From assembly GCA_034520945.1 (NCBI GenBank), contig JAXHNB010000010.1:192001-256000 (forward strand): 64,000 nt of DNA, written 5' to 3'. The position numbers and the translations under genes are program-made. Below are positions 29,855 to 37,791 of this stretch, one piece after another. The stretch's first letter is position 1, and each line of letters begins with the position of its first letter. The DNA is from Trueperaceae bacterium (GTDB lineage Bacteria > Deinococcota > Deinococci > Deinococcales > Trueperaceae). A model generated the notes under the pieces. It ran no database searches. It was not told the origin of the DNA and saw nothing but the letters and a program-made list of their open reading frames with translations.

Positions 29855-30811
29855 TCAGTCTTCGCCCCGCAGGATCGGCTCGTAGCGCTCCCAGCGGGTT
29901 TGCCACCGCTCGCCGAAGGCAGGCCCGTCGAGATAGGCCGTGGCCGCCCCGGCATCCGCAGCGCGCTGCAGGAACTCCTCGTCCTGCATCACGGTGGCCA
30001 GCGAGTCCCGCAGGATCTGAACCACGTCGTCCGGCACGCCCTGCGCGACGGCCAGGCCTGTCCACGGGTTACCGGTCACGTCGTAGCCCTGCTCGATGGC
30101 GGTAGGCACGTCGGGGTAAGCCTCGTTGCGCTCCTGGTCGAACACCGCCAGCAGCCTGAGCGAGCCGGCGCTCAGCTGGGACTCGACCGACGCCAGCCCA
30201 GCCGGCACCATGTCGAAATGGCCGCCCAGCACGCCGGTGACGGCGGGCGCGCCGCCTTCGGTGGGGATGTGGCGGATCTCGACGCCGGCCTCACTCAGCC
30301 AGCCGCGCATCGTCAGGTAGGGGAGCACGTCGGGCACGGCGGCGAACGTCAGGCCGCCCGGATCTTCGCGCGCAGCTTCGGCCAGGTCGTCGAGGCTCTC
30401 CCAGGGCGCGTCGGCGGGCACGGCCAGGCCCAACGTGCGCAGCGCCACCTGCCCGATCGGCACGAAGTCGTCGTAGGTGTAGCCGACGTCGCCGGAGAGC
30501 GGCGTCAGAATGTGGTTGCCACTGGTGGTCACCAAGACCGTGTAGCCGTCCTTGGGGGCGTCCAGCACGGCTTGACTCCCGAGGGCGCCGCCGCCGCCGA
30601 CGCGGTTGGCGACCGACACAGGCGTGCCGAGTTCCTCGCTCATGGACGTCGCCAGCAGCCGACCGATGACGTCGGTGGTGCCGCCCGCCGGCCACGGCAC
30701 GATGAACTGGATCGGTCGTTCCGGGAAGTCCTGCGCCGAAGCGCTCACGGTCAATGCGAGGGCCGCCAGGATCGGCAGCGCTTTGGTCAGGATCGCGCGA
30801 AGAATCTGCAT
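29855..30811 (-). CDS. tctC: Tripartite tricarboxylate transporter substrate-binding protein TctC
   Basis: Start MQILRAI after GGAGGGAG; FPERPIQFIVPWPAGGTTD, NRVGGGG, DGYT, PDVPT. Confidence 0.93.
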   Translation of the reverse strand: MQILRAILTKALPILAALALTVSASAQDFPERPIQFIVPWPAGGTTDVIGRLLATSMSEELGTPVSVANRVGGGGALGSQAVLDAPKDGYTVLVTTSGNHILTPLSGDVGYTYDDFVPIGQVALRTLGLAVPADAPWESLDDLAEAAREDPGGLTFAAVPDVLPYLTMRGWLSEAGVEIRHIPTEGGAPAVTGVLGGHFDMVPAGLASVESQLSAGSLRLLAVFDQERNEAYPDVPTAIEQGYDVTGNPWTGLAVAQGVPDDVVQILRDSLATVMQDEEFLQRAADAGAATAYLDGPAFGERWQTRWERYEPILRGED

Positions 30812-31141
30812 GGTTCTCCCTCCGGAGGGGTGTTCGGCGGCCCGGGGCCGCCGCGTCGACATTCCGATCACGTGCTTCGAGTCATCGCAGGGGTGGATCC
30901 TCCCTTCGGGGTCGAGGCGAAGGATCGGGGAACGGCGGCGCACGTGACGAATCGCGTACCTGCGCCGCAGAGACGGCTCGAGGTCTGTCGACCGGCGGGC
31001 GTCGCGCGCTTTGCGCTGGCCTGCGTGTGAACGTCGTGCATGAGCCCTCATCTCGCCGGAATGCGCCGTCGTGTGCCGCGAAAGTTGCCGAGGACGTGCG
31101 CGATACGACACGGATCGACCCTGGATTGGATGTTCGGAAGA

Positions 31142-31171
31142 AGTCTAAGCTATATTATATTCTTGCGTCAA
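31142..31171 (-). promoter_or_regulatory. Putative sigma70 promoter TTGACG-N18-TAGACT with TATATTATATT copy 2 (31151-31161) in its spacer
   Basis: Read directly on the minus strand upstream of tctC; the motif is identical to 15928-15938. Confidence 0.55.
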
Positions 31172-31275
31172 CGGGTGGGGGCGGTGCGCTACTCATCCTG
31201 CGTGCCGTTCACAGCAAGAACGCCACGTGAGGTACGTGTATCATGCGACGAACGAACGTCCCACCTTCTGGCTCG

Positions 31276-32829
31276 TCACATGCTCGAGCCGCTCGTCACC
31301 ACCCGGTTGCCCCCCTGGTCCTTGGCCTGGTATAGCGCGTCGTCAGCCTCCGCCAACGACGCCTCCACCTCGATCTCCGCGCCCACCGCCACGTGCACAC
31401 CGACGCTGACGGCGACCCGGGCGTACGCCTCCGGCGCCTCGGGGATGGCCACGCGCACGTCGTCGACCGAGGCGCGCACGCGCTCCGCGAGCGCATGGGC
31501 GCCCTCGAGATCGGTATCGGGCAGGCACAGCGCGAACTCGTCGCCGCCCAACCGACCGAGGATGTCCCCTTCCCGTACGCTGGCCGTCGCGATGGCAGCC
31601 ACCGTCTGCAGGACCAGATCTCCCGTGGCATGTCCGTGCGTGTCGTTGACGCCCTTGAAGCCGTCGATGTCGAACATCACCCAGCCCAGCGGACGACCCG
31701 AGCGGCGCGACACGGCGACCGCCTTTCGGGCCAGCTCGAGGAACTGCCGGCGATTACCGATGCCCGTCAGCGAATCCGTGGTGGCGAGGTGGCGCAACCG
31801 GTTTTCCGCGTGGACCTGCCGAGTCACATCGCGAAGGACGAGGGCTCGGCCGAGCGGCTCGTCGTCGCGGTCGGTCAGGTCCACGGCCTTGCAGCCGTAA
31901 ACCCGCTCGCCGACCTCGACCTCCGTCACGTCGCCCGCTTCGAGGAGGGAGTGTCGCACCAACGGGGCGATCGCCGGGTAGCGCTGAACATGCCGCTCGG
32001 TCGCGGCGTCTGGATCTTCGGCAGCGGCGAGGACGTCGTTCGCCGCGTGATTGTGGTCCACGACGGTGCCGTGCCTGTCGACGACGATGACCGCCTCGGC
32101 GATGTTTTCGAAGACGTGCGCTCGTGCGATGGGGACGATGTCCGCAAGCCCGTACCGCACCACGCCTTGGTACAGCAGGACGCTGGCGACCGGCAGCACG
32201 AACGGCGAAACATCGATGCCCCACGGCGTTACACCGAACACGGAGGCAAGGCTCCCCAGCCACGGGAAGAGAGAGCCCAGGAGAAGCACCCGCGCCTGCC
32301 GACGCTGACGGCCTCTCGTGCGCGTCCACGCATGGAGGAACACGGCGTTGGCCACCAGCACGGCTGCTGCGAGGTAGATCTGGAGGCCCACGAACCACGG
32401 TCCGCGATCGAAGGCCAGCAACGTCAGCGGGTCGACCTCGACCATGCGTGGGTTCACGTGGAACAGATCGTGGTTGGCGTTGGTAATCGTGACCAGGTAG
32501 GTCAGCGCGGAGGCACCGAACAACGCGGCTTTCGTGGCCGTCGCGTGAAGCACACGTGGCCAGCCGAAGTCGCCCGCGAGCATCAGCAACAGGAACGGCA
32601 GGAACGCGATGCCGAGATGCTGAATCCAGTAGGTGGCGAGGACCCAATCCACCGTCGTGCCCGCCAGCTCGAGCCCGTTCCCGAAGGCGTACAGGAACGT
32701 CGCAACCAACACCCCCGATAACGCCGGCTTGCGCAGCAGATCCCCACGCCGCCTCACCTCCGCCAGCACCCCCAGGGCGCTGAGGCCGACCGCCATCGAT
32801 GCGAGCATCAGGCCGAACTGCAGAACCAC
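31276..32829 (-). CDS. Diguanylate cyclase with N-terminal HisKA_7TM-like and PAS domains
   Basis: 7 TM segments; PAS (VIVVDRHG); DSLTGIGNRR, DIDGFKGVND, I-site REGD, RLGGDEF. Confidence 0.93.
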   Translation of the reverse strand: MVLQFGLMLASMAVGLSALGVLAEVRRRGDLLRKPALSGVLVATFLYAFGNGLELAGTTVDWVLATYWIQHLGIAFLPFLLLMLAGDFGWPRVLHATATKAALFGASALTYLVTITNANHDLFHVNPRMVEVDPLTLLAFDRGPWFVGLQIYLAAAVLVANAVFLHAWTRTRGRQRRQARVLLLGSLFPWLGSLASVFGVTPWGIDVSPFVLPVASVLLYQGVVRYGLADIVPIARAHVFENIAEAVIVVDRHGTVVDHNHAANDVLAAAEDPDAATERHVQRYPAIAPLVRHSLLEAGDVTEVEVGERVYGCKAVDLTDRDDEPLGRALVLRDVTRQVHAENRLRHLATTDSLTGIGNRRQFLELARKAVAVSRRSGRPLGWVMFDIDGFKGVNDTHGHATGDLVLQTVAAIATASVREGDILGRLGGDEFALCLPDTDLEGAHALAERVRASVDDVRVAIPEAPEAYARVAVSVGVHVAVGAEIEVEASLAEADDALYQAKDQGGNRVVTSGSSM

Positions 32830-32988
32830 GCGTACCGACTCCCTCCGGCGCGATGGTAACGGGTCGAGGCCTCGAGGTCAGCGGGCGCGCGCAGACGTGT
32901 GGCCGCGACCGTGGCGAAACGCATGCCGACATGCATGGCGTCTCGACGGGCGGACGTCCGACCTGGCGACGTCGTGGACGCCGTTCGG

Positions 32989-33465
32989 TCAGCGAGGCAT
33001 CATGTCCGCGAGCCTGCCTTGGCCGCGCGTCCCCCGCATGGCGAGCAGGTCGATGTTCTCCTCCTCCGCCATGCGCATGCTGCCGCTCATCGCCAGCGAG
33101 GGGTAGCGCCAGGTGCCACGAAGGACCTGCCCCTCCACGTTGGCGGACACGAAGATGCTGTCGTCGTACGCGTCGGTGAGTGTGAGGTCGACCGAGCCGG
33201 GCCGCGTGGTTCCGGTCACGTTCAGGTACACCTCGCTGTCCTCGTCCAGCAGGACGCCGTAGCCCGAGACCGTCCCGGTCGACCCGCCGCCGGTGGTGGT
33301 CACGTCGATGGCAACAGCTGCGAAGTCCACGCCTTGATCGTTCAGTACGCCGCCCCACACGCCGTCCAGTCGGTAGGGGGTCGGCGCTCGGCCGTCGGTC
33401 GACGAACCGCACGCGGTGAGCAGCGCGGCCGAGAGCAGGGTGGTGAGAAGCAGGGATCGATGCAT
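32989..33465 (-). CDS. Hypothetical lipoprotein
   Basis: Start MHRSLLL after GAAAGG; lipobox LTAC; beta-rich mature part. Confidence 0.7.
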   Translation of the reverse strand: MHRSLLLTTLLSAALLTACGSSTDGRAPTPYRLDGVWGGVLNDQGVDFAAVAIDVTTTGGGSTGTVSGYGVLLDEDSEVYLNVTGTTRPGSVDLTLTDAYDDSIFVSANVEGQVLRGTWRYPSLAMSGSMRMAEEENIDLLAMRGTRGQGRLADMMPR

Positions 33466-33781
33466 ATCGGGGCCTTTCGGGAGTGGACGACAGGGTGTGC
33501 GTTCGTGTTCGTCGTCGACGCTAGCCATCCCATGCGACCGGAAGCGTCGGAGGGCCCGACGTGGAACGCGCCGTGCATGGGCCCGCGGAGGGGCGCGACC
33601 CCGCGTGCACACCGCGGGGTGGCCGGCACCGCACGTTGCGGCGCGGCGCGGCCGGCAGCGGTCGATCCGTCCAGATGACGTGGACGTGGACGCGTCGCTG
33701 GGCGGATCATGGGGCTACATGCCGGGATTGCCCCGCGCAGGGCTTCGTCCGCGCGCCCACCCGACTGCGAGGAGGCAGTAC

Positions 33782-34576
33782 GTGCCAATCCACGAGGAGC
33801 ACCTGGCCCGACTCCGAACCGCCAAACGTCAACTCGAGGACGCGTCGTTCCTGATCCGAGCCGCCAACGCCGCGGGACAACCCTTGGAGCGCTTGGTCAC
33901 CGTGTTGCCCACGCAGGGTCGGGAGGCCGTCACCCGAGCGACGCGGGCCTCGCTGGACAAGGGCATGGACTGGGCCATCGCCACCATCGGCACGGCAAAG
34001 GTGTCGCACCCTCGTCCCTGGCTGCACAGGTCCGTCGTCACGGCATCCGGCGGGATCGGCGGCGCGTTCGGGTGGAGCGTGCTGGCGGTCGAACTGCCCT
34101 TCTCGACCCTGGTGATGCTGCGCTCCATCGCCGCCATCGCGCAGGAGCACGGCGAAGACCTCCGCGACCCGGCGACGCGCCTGCAGTGCCTTGCGGTCCT
34201 GTCCTACGGCGGCACGACGCCTGCGGACGACGCCGCCGACACCACCTACTACGCCGCCCGCGCCGCGCTCACGACCTCCCTCCACCGCGCCGCGGCGCAC
34301 CTCGCTACGGCGATGCACGGCGGCCAGGCGCCCCGCTCCGCTCAGGTGGTTGCGACCTTCATCAGCAAGGTGGCCGGCCGCTTCGGCATCGTGGTGCACC
34401 AGAAGGCCGTCGCCCAGTCCGTTCCGGTCCTCGGCGCGTTGGGCGGCGCCACCTTGAACAACCTATTCATCGGCCACTTCCAAGCCGTCGGCAGCGGCCA
34501 CTTCACGGTGCGGGCGCTGGAGCGGATGTACGGGGAGGACGCGGTGCGGGAGGCGTACGAGGCGATCGGGACGTGA
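33782..34576 (+). CDS. EcsC family protein
   Basis: GTG after GGAGG; SGGIGGAFG, ELPFSTLVMLRSIAAIA, VPVLGALGGA, GHFTVRALER. Confidence 0.88.
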   Translation: MPIHEEHLARLRTAKRQLEDASFLIRAANAAGQPLERLVTVLPTQGREAVTRATRASLDKGMDWAIATIGTAKVSHPRPWLHRSVVTASGGIGGAFGWSVLAVELPFSTLVMLRSIAAIAQEHGEDLRDPATRLQCLAVLSYGGTTPADDAADTTYYAARAALTTSLHRAAAHLATAMHGGQAPRSAQVVATFISKVAGRFGIVVHQKAVAQSVPVLGALGGATLNNLFIGHFQAVGSGHFTVRALERMYGEDAVREAYEAIGT

Positions 34577-34683
34577 AGCGTGGCGCCTTCCGCTCCTCGA
34601 ACACCACCTCGCGGAAGGTGGTACGCACAGGCATGCAGCAGCACCGCGCGCAGCAGTCCGACTCCAGAAACCTCGGCTGATCG

Positions 34684-35817
34684 ATGGGCACCGTCCTCGC
34701 GCACGACCTGATCCATGACGGCCTCGTCGAACTGACGCGCGATGGCCACGCCGTGACGATGCGGTCGGTGACGTCCGGCCAGGCCACGGCTTACCTGAGT
34801 CGCGGCTGGTTCGACGTGCAAATCAACGGCTTCGCCGGGCACGACGTCAACGCCGGCGGGCTTGGCCCCGACGGCTTCGCGGCGATGACGCGCGCCCTGC
34901 ACGCCGAGGGCGTGGCGCGCTACCTCCCCACGGTGGTGACGGCCAGCGTCGACCACATGGGCGCCTGCCTAGCGGCCGTCACCGCCGCGCGCCGCGCCGA
35001 CCCGGCCGTCGCGTTCGCGGTGCTTGGCATCCACCTGGAGGGGCCGTTCGTGTCGCCCGAGGACGGCGCCCGCGGCGCGCACCCCCTCGCCGCCGTCCGC
35101 GATCCGGACCCCGCCGTGTTCGACGACCTGCAGGCGCGGGCGGACGGCGCGATCCGTATCGTCACGCTGGCGCCCGAGCGCCCGGGCGCGCTGGAGCTGA
35201 TCTCGTACCTCGCCGGGCACGGCATCGTCGTGTCCATCGGGCACAGCCTTGCCGACGCCGCCGTGGTGCACGAGGCGGCCGGCGCCGGCGCGCGGCTGTC
35301 GACGCACCTCGGGAACGGACTCCCGGCGACGCTGCCGCGGCATCCCAACCTGCTGTGGGCGCAGCTCGCCGATGATCGGCTGCACGCCAGCATGATCTTC
35401 GACGGCCATCACCTGCCCGAGGACACCATGCGGGTGTTCCTGCGGGCGAAGGGGCCAGAACGGACGATCCTCACGAGCGACGCCGTGGCCCTGGCGCGCT
35501 GCCACCCCGGCGTGTACGAGGGGCAGGTGGGTGGCACGGTCGAGCTGCACGACAGCGGCCGCCTGACCATGGTCGGCACCCCGTACCTGGCCGGATCGGC
35601 GAGCTCGCTGGCGGACGCGATGAGCACCGCCACCGGCCGTCTGGGGGTGCCCGTCGCCGACGCGGCCCGCATGGTGACGGAGGTGCCGCGCGGGCTGCTG
35701 TGGTTGGACGCCGCCGACGACGCGACCGTGTTCCGGGTCGAAGGGGGGCGCGTCGTTCCGGTGTGGACGGTGGTGGACGGGCGGGTGGTGTACGCGCGCG
35801 AGGGGCACGCTTCGTAG
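34684..35817 (+). CDS. nagA: N-acetylglucosamine-6-phosphate deacetylase-like amidohydrolase
   Basis: DVQING, PTVVT, HLEGPF, TLAPE, IGHS, THLGN, DGHH, LAGS. Confidence 0.85.
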   Translation: MGTVLAHDLIHDGLVELTRDGHAVTMRSVTSGQATAYLSRGWFDVQINGFAGHDVNAGGLGPDGFAAMTRALHAEGVARYLPTVVTASVDHMGACLAAVTAARRADPAVAFAVLGIHLEGPFVSPEDGARGAHPLAAVRDPDPAVFDDLQARADGAIRIVTLAPERPGALELISYLAGHGIVVSIGHSLADAAVVHEAAGAGARLSTHLGNGLPATLPRHPNLLWAQLADDRLHASMIFDGHHLPEDTMRVFLRAKGPERTILTSDAVALARCHPGVYEGQVGGTVELHDSGRLTMVGTPYLAGSASSLADAMSTATGRLGVPVADAARMVTEVPRGLLWLDAADDATVFRVEGGRVVPVWTVVDGRVVYAREGHAS

Positions 35818-36121
35818 GCGCGCGCAACGGCGCCTACGCCGGCCCACGGTCCTTCGTCAGCGGCGACCCTAGCCCCCACCGAGCGAGCCGATTCGGAGGC
35901 GGCGTCGTTGGGCGGTTCCCCGCACTCGGCGTCGCCGTCCGGGAGTACGATACGGCTGAGAAGGCCGAAACCGCACGCGCGAGGGGCGTACGCCACGCCT
36001 CCACGCCCACGATGCGTGCCCTGCTTGCCGCGAAGGAAGGTGCACCGGTGAACCCCGAAGTACGACGTCCAGGCGGACGACCGACGAGGCCGGCCCGCGT
36101 GTGCGACGCTGAGCGGCTCGA

Positions 36122-37780
36122 ATGAGCGACCTCCATTCGCACCAGGACCGGAGCGAGGACGCCGCGCAGCGCGGCGCCGCCTTGCTGAACGACATCTTCG
36201 AGTCCGCGAACACGGCCACTTCGGACACGCACCGCGCGGGGCCCGATCCGCAGTGGATCAAGGTGATCGACCACCGGCGCTGCATCGGCTGCCACGCCTG
36301 CACCACGGCGTGCAAGAGCGAGAACGAGGTGCCGCTCGGCGTCAACCGCACCTACGTCAAGCACGTCGAGAAGGGCGCATTCCCCGACACGCGCCGCAGC
36401 TTCCAGGTCACGCGCTGCAACCAGTGCGAGGATCCGCCGTGCGTGGCCGCCTGCCCGGTCACCGCCATGTACCAGCGTGGTGACGGCATCGTCGATTTCG
36501 ACAAGGATGCCTGCATCGGCTGCAAGGCCTGCATCGCCGCCTGTCCCTACGACGCCATCTTCATCAACCCCGAGGACGGCAGCGCGGAGAAGTGCAACAT
36601 GTGCAGTCACCGGCTCGACGTCGGGCTCGAGCCCGCATGCGTGTCGGTCTGTCCCGCCGAGGCGATCCTGGTGGGCGACCTGCACGAGCCTACCGGCAAG
36701 GTCGCCCAGCATGTCGGCCGCGACGACGTCGCCGTCCGGCGACCCGAGAAGGACACCAAACCCAAGCTGTACTACCTCGGCGTCGACCAGGCCACCCTGG
36801 ATCCGCTCGCGGCCGGCACGCCGCCGGGCGGGATGCACCAGTGGAGCGAACAGCCTGCGGATCTGCCACATCAGGGCGGCGCCCGCCTGCCGGCGGGATG
36901 GAGTACGAGCAACGCCGCCGCCGCGATGCTCACCTACGACGTGTCGCACCAGCGTCCCTGGGACGAACGCGTCAGCCTCTACACCTGGACGAAGTCCATC
37001 TCGGCCGGCATGTTCCTGATGGCGCTCGTTGCCATCGCGTTCGGCTGGCTGGACGCGTCCACGCCGCTCGCCCAGTGGGTGGCGCCGCTCACGGCCGGGT
37101 TCTTCCTCGCCGTCACCGGTGCGCTGCTCATCTGGGACCTGGCGCACCCGCTGCGCTTCTTCAAGATCTTCCTGCGTCCGCAGTGGCGCTCGTGGCTTAC
37201 GCGCGGGGCGTTCATCATCGGTGCCTTCGGTGCCGTCCTCGTGGCTTGGTTGGCGGCGTCTTGGCTCGGCGCCTCCGGCGTCCAACGCGCCCTTGCCTGG
37301 GTCGGTGTCCCCTTGGCCCTGGCCACCGCGGTGTACACCGCGTACCTGTTCGCACAAGCCAAGGCCCGCGACCTGTGGCAGAGTCCGCTTCTGCCGACGC
37401 ACATGGCGGTTCAGGCCGTCCTCGCCGGCAGTGCGGCATTGGCACTGGCCGCCGTGCTGACGGGGGCGGGCGATCTGCTGCCGCCGATGCGCTGGATCCT
37501 CGCGGCGTCGACCGCCGCGCACGGCCTGATCATTGCCAGCGAGCTCGCGCTGCCCAGCGTGACGGCGCACGCCCGCACGGCCGAACGTCACATGACCCAC
37601 GGCGCCTTCCGTCGCTACTTCCTCGGCGGCCTCGTCGGCGGCAGCGTCCTGCCGCTCCTGTTATGCCTCGCCTCCGGCGGTGGCGTCGTGCTTGCCGTCG
37701 CGTCGCTCCTTGCCCTCGGCGGCCTGTTGGCCTACGAGCATGCCTTCGTTCAGGCCGGCCAAGCCGTGCCGCTCGCCTAG
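36122..37780 (+). CDS. Fused 4x[4Fe-4S] ferredoxin (DmsB/PsrB-like) and NrfD/PsrC membrane anchor
   Basis: CIGCHAC, CNQCEDPPC, CIGCKAC, CNMC...PACVSVCP, followed by an 8-TM NrfD-type domain (DLAHP.RF, SWLTRG, YTAYLF). Confidence 0.92.
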   Translation: MSDLHSHQDRSEDAAQRGAALLNDIFESANTATSDTHRAGPDPQWIKVIDHRRCIGCHACTTACKSENEVPLGVNRTYVKHVEKGAFPDTRRSFQVTRCNQCEDPPCVAACPVTAMYQRGDGIVDFDKDACIGCKACIAACPYDAIFINPEDGSAEKCNMCSHRLDVGLEPACVSVCPAEAILVGDLHEPTGKVAQHVGRDDVAVRRPEKDTKPKLYYLGVDQATLDPLAAGTPPGGMHQWSEQPADLPHQGGARLPAGWSTSNAAAAMLTYDVSHQRPWDERVSLYTWTKSISAGMFLMALVAIAFGWLDASTPLAQWVAPLTAGFFLAVTGALLIWDLAHPLRFFKIFLRPQWRSWLTRGAFIIGAFGAVLVAWLAASWLGASGVQRALAWVGVPLALATAVYTAYLFAQAKARDLWQSPLLPTHMAVQAVLAGSAALALAAVLTGAGDLLPPMRWILAASTAAHGLIIASELALPSVTAHARTAERHMTHGAFRRYFLGGLVGGSVLPLLLCLASGGGVVLAVASLLALGGLLAYEHAFVQAGQAVPLA

Positions 37781-37791
37781 GAGGACCCGCG

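Noticed and set aside
36592..37791. 400-aa N-terminal extension making a 1393-aa Mo enzyme
   Set aside because: It overlaps the FeS-NrfD gene in another frame and is Arg/Pro-rich. The real start is ATG 37792 after AGGAGG.
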